Shown here in pieces: positions 12,165 to 24,080 of a stretch of DNA of 64,000 bases. The notes under the pieces are model-generated. The model was not told where the DNA came from and ran no database searches. It saw only the letters and a program-made list of their open reading frames with translations. Both the position numbers and the translations under genes were made by a program. The DNA comes from Mobula hypostoma (lineage: Eukaryota), in contig NC_086108.1 of assembly GCF_963921235.1 (NCBI RefSeq), positions 55,864,001 through 55,928,000 on the forward strand. Direction: 5' to 3'. Numbering within the stretch: position 1 is the stretch's first letter; each line of letters starts with the position of its first letter.

Positions 12165-13752
12165 AGCTGGATAGACAAAGCAGAATTGGTGGATGTGGTG
12201 TACTTGTATTTTTAGAAGGCCTTTGACAAGGTGCTGCACATGAGGCTGCCTAGCAAGATAAGAGCCCGTGGATATCAGGAAAGATATTAGCACGAATAGA
12301 CCACTGGCTGTTTGGCAGGAGACAAACAGTGGGAATAAAGGGAGCCCTTTTTTATTGGCTGCCAGTGTCTAGTGATGTTCAGCAGGGGTCAATGTTGGGA
12401 CCATTTTTTTTAATGTTGTTTGCTTGACTGCTATGTGCCGTGTTGTATGATGTAGGCGATCATGGTCTTTCCATGATCATGATTGTTCTTGGAAAATTCT
12501 CCTATAGAAGTGGTTTACCATTGCTGCCTTCTAAGCAGTGTCTTTACAAGACTTGTGACTCCAGCCATTATCAAATCTAGCTGGCACCAGTGGTCGCTTA
12601 TGCATCAGCTGCTCATACAACCATCAACCACCTGCTCCCATGGCTTCATATGACCCTGGTTGGGGGCGGGGAAGCCAAGCAGGTGCTACAACTTGCCCAA
12701 GGGTGACTTGATGGCAAGTGAACGGAAGGAGCATCTTGAACCTCCTTTGGTAGAGACATATCTCCACCCCGCCATCCACGTTGTACGTCAATGATTTGGA
12801 TGACGGAACTGATGGCTTTGTGGCCAAGTTTGTGGACGATATAGTGATTGGTGGAGGGGCAGGTAATGTTGAGGAAGCATTGAGGCAGCAGAAGGACTTA
12901 GGAGAGTGGGCAAAGAAGTGGCAGACGGAATACAGCATGAGGAGGCCTATGGTCACGCACTTTGATAGAAGGAATAAAAGCCTAGACTATTTTCTAAATG
13001 GAGAAAGTTCAAAACTCTGTGGTGCAAAGGGACTTGGGAATCCTCGTGCAGTATTTCCTAGATGTTAACTTGCTGGTGAGTCATTGGTGAGGAAAGCAAA
13101 TGTAATGTTAGCATTCATTTCAAGAGAACTAGAAAATAAAAGCAAGGATGTAATGCTGAGGCTTTATAAAGCACTGGTGAGGCCTCACTTAGCATATTGT
13201 GAGCAGCTTTGGCTCCTTATCTAAGAAAGAATATGCTGACATTGGAGAGGGTTCAAAGGAGGTTCATGAAAATGATTCCAGGAATGAAAGGCTTATGATA
13301 TGAGGAGTGTTTGATGGCTCTAAGCCTGCACTCAGTTGAACTTAGAAGAATGAGGTGGCGGGGGGATCTCATTGAAACCTATTGTATGTTGAAAAACCTA
13401 GATGGAGTGGATGTGGAGAGGACGTTTCCTATAGTGGGTGAGTTCAGGACCAGAGGTCCCAGCCTCAGAATAGAAGGAGATCCATTTGGAATGCAGATGA
13501 GATGGAATTTCTTTAGTCAGAGGGTGGTGAAATGGTGGAATTCGTTGCCACAGGCGGCTGTGAAGGCCAGGTCATTGGGGATATTTACGGTAGAGGTTGA
13601 TAGATTCTGGGTAAGTCAAGGTGTGAAAGGTTACAGGCAAAAGGCAGGAGAATGGGGTTGGGAGGGAAACGGCTCAGCCATGATGAAATAGCAGAGTAGA
13701 CTCGATGGACCGAATGGTCAAATTCTGCTCCTATGTCTTATGGTCTTATGGT
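12165..13752 (+). mobile_element. CR1 LINE 3' half (RT domain to tail)
   Basis: DVVYL.F.KAFDKV region, YVNDLDDGTDGFVAKFVDD, (TCTTATGG)2 tail at ~13736-13751. Confidence 0.9.
12420..12777 (-). mobile_element. RTE-tailed SINE-like element nested in CR1
   Basis: Flanked by imperfect TSD ATGTTGT (12413-19) / ACGTTGT (12778-84); contains AGAAGTGGTTTACCATTGC, similar to RTE/Sauria-SINE-type sequence. Confidence 0.6.
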
Positions 13753-14160
13753 ATCCTGGATCACTGAGCTGCCAGTCCTTGCCTTCCTTCAGCCATGTTT
13801 CTATTATGCCTGTGATATCCGAATCCTCAGATCCAATCCAAGCCTCAGTTCATCCACCTTCTAAATCAAACCTTTTGCATTGAAATAGATGCAGTTTAAA
13901 GCAGTGGGCTTTTGTCTCTCTTCGTGCTCCTACCTATCCTGACAACTAAACATGCTCTCATTGACAACAGTATTATCCCGATTTCTCATCAGCTATTCAA
14001 CAGCTCAGCTCAGAGTCCCACACCTCTACCACTCCTTTTTAAATGTTCCTAAGTAGCACTAAAATATCTCCCAGCCAGAATATTGGTGTTTAGTAACAGT
14101 AATGTGTTAGTTACCTAAGGTTGATGGAAAGGAGAATTTGGTGCAAGTTACCATACACAT

Positions 14161-14348
14161 GATGTGATTTAAGTGACTTTAACCATGAAATGATTGTTGG
14201 TTTGAGCATCTCAGAAACTGCTGACTTCTTGGATTTTCACACATTATTGAGAATTTACAGAGAAAGGTTTGAGAAGCAAAAAACATCTAATGAGCTGCAG
14301 TTCTGTGGATGAAAGCACCTTGTTAACAACAGAGGTCAGAAGAGAACA
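14161..14348 (+). mobile_element. Tc1-family DNA transposon fragment (transposase N-terminal HTH)
   Basis: GATTTAAGTGACTTT...ATGATTGTTGGT...AGCATCTCAGAAACTGCTGACTTCTTGGATTTTCA reads, across one frameshift, as a decayed DLSDF...MIVG..SISETAD.LGFS Tc1 DNA-binding region. Confidence 0.7.
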
Positions 14349-14734
14349 GCGAGGCCCTGTGGGCTTATCCATCTTAATGCATTTCAGAAGAGCCAGCCAC
14401 TACTTCCTCATTAATCTCAAAATGTCCCAGCACATTAGCACACCCCACTCTGTTTTCACTATCTTCTAAATCCTTCTCCTTGGTAAATAGTGACACAAAG
14501 TTCTCATTGAATACCCGAGTCTTCAAGCACAAAATCCCTGCACCCTTGAGTAGTCCTACCCTCGCCTTAGTTATCCTCTTTTTCTTAATGTATGTATGAA
14601 ATTCCTAGGCATTCCCCAGATCCTGCTTCCCAAGGATATTGCATGGTCCCTTCAGTCTTCCTAGTTGCCTGTTTGAGCACTTTGCTGTTAACTTTATGCT
14701 CCACAAAGGCCCAGTTTGATTTTAGCTTCGGAAA

Positions 14735-16085
14735 CCTTATGTATAAGGATAAGACATGAGAGAATAGGACCAATCAACTGTGACAGTGGAAAAGTGTGTA
14801 TGGAACCGGAGGAGACAGCAGAGGTACTTTATGAATACTTTGCTTCAGTGTTCACTACAGAAAAGGATCTTCGCGATTGTAGGGATGACTTACGGTGGTT
14901 TGAAAAGCTTGAGCAGATAGACATTAAGAAAGAGGATGTGCTGGAGCTGTTGGAAAGTATCAAGTTGGATAAGTCTCCGGGACTGGGTGAGATGAACCCC
15001 AGGCTACTGTGGGAGGTGATTGCTGAGCCTTGGGCAATGATCAATGGAGAGGTTCCAGAGGATAGGAGGGTTGCAGATGCTGTTCCCTTATTCAAGAAAG
15101 GGAGCAGAGATAGCCTCGGAAATTATAGACTAGTGAGTCTATAATGAGGAAGTGGAGGGATGGGTTAGTAAATTTGCTGGTGACACAAAGGTTGGGGGTG
15201 TTGTGGATAGTGTGGAGGGCTGTCAGAGGTTACAGTGGGACATCGATGGGGTGTAAAACTGGGCTGAGAAGTGGCAGATGGAGTTCAACCCAGATAAGTG
15301 TGAGGTGGTTCATTTTGGTAGGTCAAATATGATGGCAGAGTATAGTATTAATGGTAACACTCTTGACAGTGTGGAGGGTCAGGGGGATCTTGGGGTCCGA
15401 GTCCATAGGACGCTCAAAGTTGCTACGTGGGTTGACTCTGTGGTTAAGAAGGCAAACGGTGCATTGGCCTTCATCAACCGTGGGATTGAGTTTAAGAGCC
15501 GAGAAGTAATGTTGCAGTAATGTAGGACCCTGGTCAGACCCCACTTGGAGTACTGTGCTCAGTTCTGGTCACCTCACTACAGGAAGGATGTGGAAACCAT
15601 AGAAAGGGTGCAGAGGTGATCTACAAGGATGTTGGCTGGATTGGGGAGCATGCCTTATGAGAATAGGTTGAGTGAACTCTGCCTTTTCTCCTTGGAATGG
15701 CAGAGGATAAGAGGTGACCTGACAGAGGTGTATAAGATGATCAGAGACATTGATCATGTGGATAGTCAGAGGCTTTTTCCCAGGGTTGAAGTGTCTAACA
15801 CGAGAGGGCACAGTTTTAAGGTGCTTGGAAGTAGGTACAGAGGAGATATCAGGGGTAAGTATTTTTACGTAGAGCGTGGTGAGTGCATGGAATGGGCTGC
15901 TGGTGACGGCGGTGGAGGCGGATACAATAGAGTCATTTAAAAGACTCTTAGATAGGTACAGGGAGCTTAGAAAAATAGAGAGCTATGTGTAACCCTAGGT
16001 AATTTCTAAAGTAAGTACAGGTTCGGCTTAGCATTGTGGGCTGAAGGGCCTGTATTGTGCTGTGGGTTTTCTAAGTTTCTATGTA
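14735..16085 (+). mobile_element. CR1 LINE (internally deleted ORF2 3' part), same subfamily as 34716-39423
   Basis: EYFASVFTTEK...DKSPG...NYRLVSL joined to KFAGDTK...; TTTCTA(A/T)G tail; closely similar to 37060-39423. Inserted into an older minus-strand CR1 (~14390-17500). Confidence 0.9.
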
Positions 16086-16584
16086 AACTTCTTTTTTCCT
16101 TCCTGACTAAATTTAGGCTCTCTCAGGTCAGTCAAGTTTCCCTTATCTCACCATCCTTGTCCTTACTTCTTCAAAGACTATGCTGATCATGAACTTTAAT
16201 CATCTGGTCTTTAAACATCTCTCATGTGTCAGATGTAGACTTGTCTGACAGCGGCTGCTCCCAATCAATGTCCTTTAGCTCCTATTTCATTCTGCCATAA
16301 TTTGACCTTCCTTATTTAGTATCTTCCAGAAAGATCCAGTTTGATTACCCACATAACTATTTTAAAACATAATTAGTTGTGGTCACTAATCACAAAATGC
16401 TCATCCACTATCAGGTCTGTCACCTGGCCTGGCTCATTTCCTAGCAGATTCTCTCCTCTTGTTGAACTGTCTACATACTATTTCAGAAAGCCTCCTGGAT
16501 GCACTGAATAAATCCCAAGTCTCTTGTATTAAGGAAGTTTCAGTTAATACTAAGGAAATTAAAGTCTTGCACAATGACTACCCT

Positions 16585-17015
16585 GGTGCTCCTGCTTTCT
16601 TGCTTACTGCCCGTTAAGCTGCTGACATTTACAGCAGCAACAAAGGTCCTCTACCTCTGTCTGTCGGTGTTCAAGGCTTCCTTCATTGTGCCAGAGGCTT
16701 CCTCTTGGTTTTCACTACTGTCAACCACGCATGTTCCAGGTGGAGACTCTAGAACTCCATCACACACAGATGTAGACGAACTCTTCATTGCTGTTCTATG
16801 GGTTTTGTTTGACTAGTCAGGGTTGTTAGCTCTGAGCTGAATCCCCAGACCTGGAGGAGCCGTCGTCCACACTTTGTCTGGCATCTACTCTTTGACCTGT
16901 TTGGCACAGGTAACCCCACTAAGAGCCAAAGACCTGACTCCAGCCAAAATCGTGCTCTGGGTCATTGAAGCACACAAGCCTTCAAACCACGGCAAGGCTA
17001 TGGTCCTCTTGGAGG
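16585..17015 (-). mobile_element. RTE/Expander-type non-autonomous element
   Basis: Minus strand begins CCTTGCCGTGGTTTGAAGGCTTGTGTGCTTCAATGACCC...AAACAGGTCAAAGAGTAG, resembling RTE 5' UTRs; interrupts the CR1 remnant. Confidence 0.5.
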
Positions 17016-18168
17016 TATTGTTCCTGCATCTCTTCATAATCTGTCTACATATCTGTCCCTCCACCTCTCAGTGGCTATTGGAAGAGGGGTCATATAATAT
17101 AATTCCATCAGCATAATTAAACCTCTCCTATTTCTGAATTCCACCTAAATTGCCCTCCAGTACTGCTATGACATTCTCCTTTATCAGCAGTGCAACCCCC
17201 ACCTCTTTTATTCCCCCTCTCTGTCATGTCTAACGCAGAAAAACGCAGGAACACTGAGCTGCCAGTCTTGCCCCTCACACAACCAGGTCTCTGTAATGGT
17301 AACAAGATTCCATACACTGATGCAGGATGTAAATTCATCCTCCTTATGCATAATCCTGCTAACACTGAAATGAGCACAGTTCAGCCGATCAGTCCCAACA
17401 CATTTATTAGCCTGTGCCTTGCTGGCCTTCTTTTCAGTCTTATCTTCATTGCCTCATTGCCCTCAATCCTATCACTTGTTGTCCTGCTGTGGTTCCCATC
17501 CCCCTACATATGTACTGTGCATTTGTGCAGGAAATTCTGATTTCTGAAATGCAGGGATGACATCAATTTATCATCCCTAACAGCAGGGTATAGAATGTAC
17601 CAGCATAAGCATTTTTAAGCCTTTAAGGAAGAAGATGAAAATGTTGGTTTGTTGTTTAGATGTGTCGATTTTAACGCAAAGACTATTAAGAGTAAGGCGA
17701 CAAACTTAGAGTATGAATCAGTGTATGGAACAATGACATGGTGACAATAACAGAGACCTGATTGAGAGAGCGACAAGACTAACCGCTTAACATTCCAGGA
17801 TTTTGATGTTTTAGAAGAGATAGAAAGGGTGGTAAAGGTGGTAAAGGGGTTGAATTACCTTTGAAGAGCAATATCACAGCTGGATTCCGAGGGTAAGAAA
17901 TGAAGGGTTCATCGACTGAATCTAAATGGGTAGTCTAAGATCTAAGGGGTAATGGGTAATCTAAGCTCCAAACTTGGGCCTTAGCACTCAGATCTGCAGC
18001 TGGATCTTCAACTTTCTCACAGACAGAACCCAGGCTGTAAAAATAGAGGACAAGCTCTCCTCTACAATCACTCTGAGCACCGGTGCCCCACAAGGCTGTG
18101 TACTCAGCCCCCTGATGTACTCCCTGTACACCCATGATTGTGTAGCCAAGTTTCCATCAAACTCAATA

Positions 18169-19700
18169 CAGCTGTCCCCCGCTTTTCAAACGTTCACTTT
18201 ACGAAACCTCACTGTTACAAAAGAACTACATTAGTACCCTGTTTTCGCTTTCAGACGGTGTCTTCACTGTTACGAAGAAAGGCAGCGCGCGATAAAGAAT
18301 CAGCGCGCGAAAAAATCAGCGCGCGATATAAGGCAGCGCGCGCCCCGAGCGGCCGCTCGCCCCCGGATTCGGAACGGCATTGCTTAAACACGTGCCTGTG
18401 AGCAGCCGTTAGCAAGATGGGTTCTAAGGTATCGGAGAAGCCTAAAAGAGCTCGTAAGGGTGTTACACTTAGTGTAAAACTAGACATAATTAAGGGTTTC
18501 GATCGTGGTGAACGAAGCAAGGACAAAGTGAGTTTGGCTTGTGGAAACTGACAAAGATGATGTTGAAGAGGTTTTGGCATCCCATGACCAAGAACTGATA
18601 GATGAAGAGCTGATGCAATTGGAAGAGGAAAGGATAACAATCGAAACCGAATGCAGAAGGTGAAACAACTGCGTGAGATTTTCGCTGCAATGATAAAGCA
18701 CAACTTTAATTTTGAAAGGGTACTTAGGTTTAGGGGATACTTGCAGGATGGTTTGAGTCCTTACAAACAAACTGAAAAATGCGCGAGGCTCAGCAGTCAA
18801 GCAAGCCTTCCACATCAGCCACAACAGACAACGAACCTCGACCTTCGACATCGAGGCGGGCAGTCATAGGAGAAGATGAGCTGCCTGCCCTGATCGACGA
18901 TGAGATGACACCCCCGTGTCCCACCACCCCAACACCCGGGCCCCGGACAGATACTGTACCGAATCGCGGAGAATGCAACAGTAGCCGGGAGACACAGCAC
19001 ATCTTTAAGAAAAAAGCCGAAATAAACAAGCTAATTAATTAGGTGCCACCGACACGTAATCGTCGCCCCAGATCAGTGCCGATTTCCGATTGCATCGCCT
19101 CTGATCTGGGCCGACAATTACGTGTCGGTGGCACCTAATTAATTAGCATGTTTATTTCGGCTTTTTTCTTAAAGATGTGCTGTGTGGCTCCCGGCTACTG
19201 CTGTGTTCTTCGCGGCAACGTATCGGGTCGGTGGCCCGGAGGGTGGGGGCCACTGCACCACCCAAACTGCGACGACTCAGTCTAGCACACCATCATCAGT
19301 GCGCTCCGCGCTGTCTTCCCGATTCGGTAAGTGATACTACATTGTATATACATTATGTCTACTTTATATAGGCTGTGCATTTTTACGTGTTATTTGGTAG
19401 ATTCGGCAGCTTCGTAGTTTAAAGATTATTGGAGAGAGTGTTCTTGCCAACAGCGCTTGCGTGAGACACGTGAGATTTTCGCTACGGAGATCTCATATCA
19501 TTCCTGCTTGTACTATATGTTACTGTTATTTTAGGTTTTATGTGTTATTTGTCATGATTTGGTAGGTTATTTTTGGGTCTGCGAACGCTCACAAAATTTT
19601 CCCATATAAATAAATGGTAATAGCTTCTTCACTTTACAACATTTCGGCTTACGAACCGTTTCATAGGAATGCTCTACCTTCGGATGGCGGGGGAAACCTG
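18169..19700 (+). mobile_element. Tigger/pogo-family DNA transposon, internally deleted (non-autonomous)
   Basis: TA TSD (18167-68, 19701-02); TIRs CAGCTGTCCCCCGC / revcomp CAGGTTTCCCCCGC; MGSKVSEKPKRARKGVTLSVKLDIIKGFDRGE (CENP-B-like HTH start, 18418) joined to acidic C-terminal DDVEEVLASHDQELIDEELMQLEEE. Confidence 0.9.
18965..19214. repeat. Long inverted repeat (about 112-bp arms, 24-bp spacer) inside Tigger
   Basis: 18965-19076 is the near-perfect reverse complement of 19101-19214. Confidence 0.95.
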
Positions 19701-20967
19701 TATTTAAGTTTGCTGATGACATTACAATTGTAGGCCGTATCTCAGGTAATGATGAGTTTGAGTACAGAGAGGAAATTAAGAACCTGGTGGCATGGTGCGA
19801 AGACAATAACTTATCCCTCAACGTCAGCAAGATGAAGGAATTGGTTGCCGACTTCAGAAGGAGTAGGGGACCGCACAACCCAATTTACATCGGTGGTGCT
19901 CAAGTGGAACAGGTCAAAAGCTTTAAGTTCCTCAGGGTCAATATCACAAATGACCTGACCTGGTCCAACCAAGCAGAGTTCACTGCCAAGAAGGCCCACC
20001 AGCACCTTTACTTCCTGAGAAAACTAAAGAAATTTGGCCTGTCCCCTAAAACCCTCACTAATTTTTATAGATGCACCGTAGAAAGCATTCTTCTAGGGTG
20101 CATCACAACCTGTTATGGAAGTTGTCCTGTCCAAGACCGAAAGAAGCAGCAGAAGATCGTGAACACAGCCCAGCACATCACACAAACCAATCTTCTGTCG
20201 GTGGACTCACTTTACACTGCACACTGTCGGAGCAGTGCTGCCAGGATAATCAAGGACACGACCCACCCAGCCAACACACTTTTCGTCCCTCTTCCCTCCG
20301 GGAGAAGGCTCAGGAGCTTGAAGACTTGTGTGGCCAGATTTGGGAACAGTTTCTTTCCAACTGTGATAAGACTGCTGAACAGATCCTGACCTGGATCTGG
20401 GCCGTACCTTCCAAATATCTGGACCTGCATCTCATTTTTTTTTGCACTACCTTACTTTCCATTTTTCTATTTTCTATTTATGATTTATAATTTGAATTTT
20501 TAATATTTATTATCGATTTGTAATCCAGGGAGCGGGAAGCACAGAATCAAATATCGCTGTGATGATTGTACGTTCTAATATCAATTGTTTGGTGACAATA
20601 AAGTATAAAGTAAGGTAAAGAACTCAAACATAAGATTGGAGCCATCACACTGATGGGTTTATACCACAGACCACATTTAGCCTTAGAGGTACTGAGGTGC
20701 AGTGAAGTGAAGAATAAGAAGGGCAGAATATACAGAATGAAAGGCACGGCCCTCAACTGTATTGGAGAATAGAGGGCCAAGGTGTACAAGTCTGAGTATC
20801 ATTGCAGATGTCAGCACAAGTAGGCAAGATGGTTAAGAAAGCATATGGCATACTAACCTTCATTAGACAAGGTACAGAGTTTAAGAGTAGGGGTATTTAT
20901 TGTACAACTTTATAAACAATTGATTAGGTGGTCAGCCGGAGTACCCTGTGCAACTCTGGTTGCCACA

Positions 20968-21795
20968 CCATAAGACCATAAGACATAGGAGCAGAATTAG
21001 GCCCACCAGCCCATCGAGTTAGCTCTGCCATTCCACTCTGGCTGGTCCTGGATCCCACTCAACTTCATACACTTGCCTTCTCATCATATCCTTCTCACCA
21101 GTCCTGACAAAGGGTCTCGACCCGAAACATCGACTGTACTTCTTCCTATTGATGCTGCTTGGCCTGCTGCATTCCACCAGCAATTTTGTGCGTGTTGCTT
21201 GAAATTCCAGCATCTGCAGATTTTCTCGTGTTTGCGCCATATCCTTTGAAGCCCTGACCAATTACGAAATGAGTAACTGCCACGTTAAATATACGCACAG
21301 ACTTGGCCTCCACCGCAGTCTGTGGCAGAGCATTCCACAGATTCACTACTCTTTGGCTAAAAAAATTCTTCCTTTCCTTTCTCCTAAAGGGTCACCCCTC
21401 AACTTTGAGGATGTGCCCTTAAGTTCTGGATACCCCCACCATAGGAAACATCCTCTCTGTATCCACCTTATCTAGTCCTTTCAACATTTGGTTGGTTTCA
21501 ATGAGATCCTCCCTTATCCTTCTAAATTCCAGTGAGTACAGGCCCAAAGCTGCCAAACGCTTCTCATATATTAACCCCTTCATTCCCAAAATCATCCTAA
21601 TGAACCTCCTCTGAACTCTCTCCAATGACAACACATCCTTTCTGAGATACGGGGCCCAAAACTGTTAACAATACTCTAGTTGCCACCTGACTAGTGTCTT
21701 ATAAAGGCTCAACATTATCTCCTTGCTTTTATATTCTATTCCCCTTGAAATAAATGCCAACATTGCATTTGCCTTCTTTACTGCAGACTCAACTT
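20968..21795 (-). mobile_element. CR1 LINE 3' fragment
   Basis: CCATAAGA tail repeats at left; LSLERVQRRFIRMILGMKGL peptide. Confidence 0.9.
21094..21234 (+). mobile_element. About 140-bp Penelope terminal fragment (hammerhead + tail) with TSD
   Basis: CATATCCTT duplicated at 21085-93 and 21238-46; CAGTC-CTGACAA-AGGGTCTCGACCC-GAAA-CATC-GACTG. Confidence 0.85.
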
Positions 21796-22149
21796 AGGAT
21801 TTCCTTGGGATGGAACATTTCAGCTATGAGGAGAAAATGGATACACTGGGTTTGTTTTGCTTGAAGTGGAGGAGGCTGAAAGGGGAACCTGATGGAGATA
21901 TACAAAATTATGAGGGGCATAGATAATGTAAATCATGTATAACTTCTCTCCATAAAGGAGATATCTGAAGCCAGAGGCCAGAGGGTTGCTATAAGTGGTA
22001 AGAAGTTTAAAGGGATTGGAGGAATGTTTTTTTCCCTTCCACCCAGAGGGTGGTTGGAATCTGGACATACTGGGTGCTGAAAGCAAAGACTCATGATTTA
22101 ACAAGCATCTAGGCAAGCATGAGTCGCCATTGCATTATAGGCTACAGCC

Positions 22150-24080
22150 CAGTAGCCACTGGGACATTGAGGAACAGACATGCAGGCTGATTAAAGAAAG
22201 TTGTAAAAACAATTCGACTGTCGGCATGGGGCACTTCAACTTCCATAATATAAACTGGGACCTTCTTAGTGCAAGAAGTTCAGATGGAGCAGAATTTATC
22301 AGGTGCATCCAAGAGGGTTTCTTAAATCAATATGTAGATAGTCCAACAAGAGGGAGAGCTGTGCTGGACCTGGTGTTCAGAAATGATCCCGGCCAGGTAA
22401 CCGACCTCAGTGGGAATAGTGACGTCTTTAAGCTTTAAGTTAGCTATAGATGAGTTTAACTATGGACCTTGCAGGAGAGTATTAAATTGGAGCAGGGCAA
22501 ATTACAAGAGCATTAGGCAGGAACTAGAGATATTTACTTGGAAATGGTTGTTTTTGGGCAAGTCCACGACGGGCATGTGGAGGATATTTAAAGACCAACT
22601 GCACAGAGTACAGGACAGGTGTGTTCCAGTCAGAGGGAAGGATAAAGATGACAAGGTGAGGGAATATTGGATTTTGGGAGAGGTGATGAATTTAGTCAAG
22701 ATGGAAAAGGGAAAGTATATAAAGTTTTGGAAGCTAGAATCAAACAGATCCCTTGAAGATTATAAAGAAGCTAGAAAACAGCTCAGAAAGGGAATTAAGA
22801 AAGCCAGGAGGGGCTATGAAAAGTCCTTGGCAAGTAGGATTAAAGAGAATCTCAAGGCATTCTATATCAAGAGCAGGAGGATAACTAGGGTGAGGGTAGG
22901 ACCACTCAAGCATAGGTGGGGGGGACTTTTGCTTGGATGTGGATGAGGTCTTGAATGAGTACTTTACATCAGTATTTACCGTTGAGAAGGTAGTGTGTAA
23001 TGATATGCTAGGACATTTCAATATAAAGGAGGAGGTAGTGCTGGGCCTTGTAAAGAGCATTAAGGTGGATAAGTCCATGGGATCTGATGGAATTTACCCA
23101 ATGTTATTGAGAAAGGCAAGAGATAAGATTTCTGGGGCCTTGCCCAATATCTTCGTGCCCTCTTGAGCCACATGCAAGCTCCTGGAGGACTGGTAAGTAG
23201 CTAATGTTTTCCTATTTTTCAAGAAGGAAACTAGGGATAAACTACAGACCGGCGAGTCTCAGAGCAGTGGTAGAGAAGTTACTGCAGGATATTCGTAGGG
23301 ATAGGATTTATGAGCATTTGGAACCATGACCTAATTAGGGAGGGCCAGCATGGCTTTATGCAGGACAAGTCGTATCCTACTAACTTGATTGAGTTTTTTG
23401 ATGAGGTGACGAGGGTGATTGATGAAGGTACAGTTGTGGATGCTGTCTACATGTACTTTAATAAGATGTTTGACATAGTCCTTCATGGAAGGAAGTCATG
23501 ATGCAGTTCTATAAAACTCTCGTTAGACTGTATCTGGAGTATGGAACACAGTTCTGGTCACCCCATTGTAGGAAAGATTTTGAGGCTTTGGAAAGAGTGC
23601 AGAAGAGGTTTACCAGGATGTTGTCTGGATCAGAGGGCATGTGCTATACTGAAAGGTTAGACAAATTCATTTATTTTTGTCTCTGTACTAGCAGAGGCTG
23701 AGGAGAAATCTGAAAGAGATTTACATAACATGAGAGGCATAGATAGAGTAGACAGACAGTATCTTTTTCTCCCCAGTGTTGAAATGTCTAATTCCAGAGG
23801 GCATGCATTTAAGGTGAGAGAGGGCAATTTCAAAGGAGACGTGAGAGGCAAGTTTATTACACAGAGCGGTGGGTACCTGGAAAGCACTGCCTGGAGTGCT
23901 GGTAGAGGCAGATATTACGGATTTTTTAAGATAAGCACATGCTTGTGAGGACAATGGAAAGATATGAACATTGTGTAGGCAGATGAGATTAGTTTACTAG
24001 GCCATTTGATTACTAATTTAATCGGTTTAGCATAACATTGTGGGCAGAAGGGCCTGTTCCTGTTCCTACGTTCTCTGCTC
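22150..24080 (+). mobile_element. CR1 LINE ORF2 (EN-RT), decayed with internal deletion
   Basis: GHFNFHNINW, QYVDSPTRGRAVLDLV, NEYFTSVFTVEK, QHGF...NLIEFFDEVT, LERVQKRFTRML. Confidence 0.9.

Larger units (their letters stand above)
17960..20612 (+). mobile_element. Rex1-like LINE 3' part, interrupted by a Tigger transposon
   Basis: [14 protein letters not shown]...[22 protein letters not shown] (17974-18168) continues as KFADD at ~19706 and ORF 19787-20389 (KKAHQHLYFLRKLKKF...SFFPTVIRLLN); AATAAAGTATAAAGT tail. Confidence 0.9.

Noticed and set aside
19787..20389. Host gene (ALKBH8 N-terminus-like peptide)
   Set aside because: It is the C-terminal part of the Rex1-like ORF, contiguous with RT motifs and a LINE tail.
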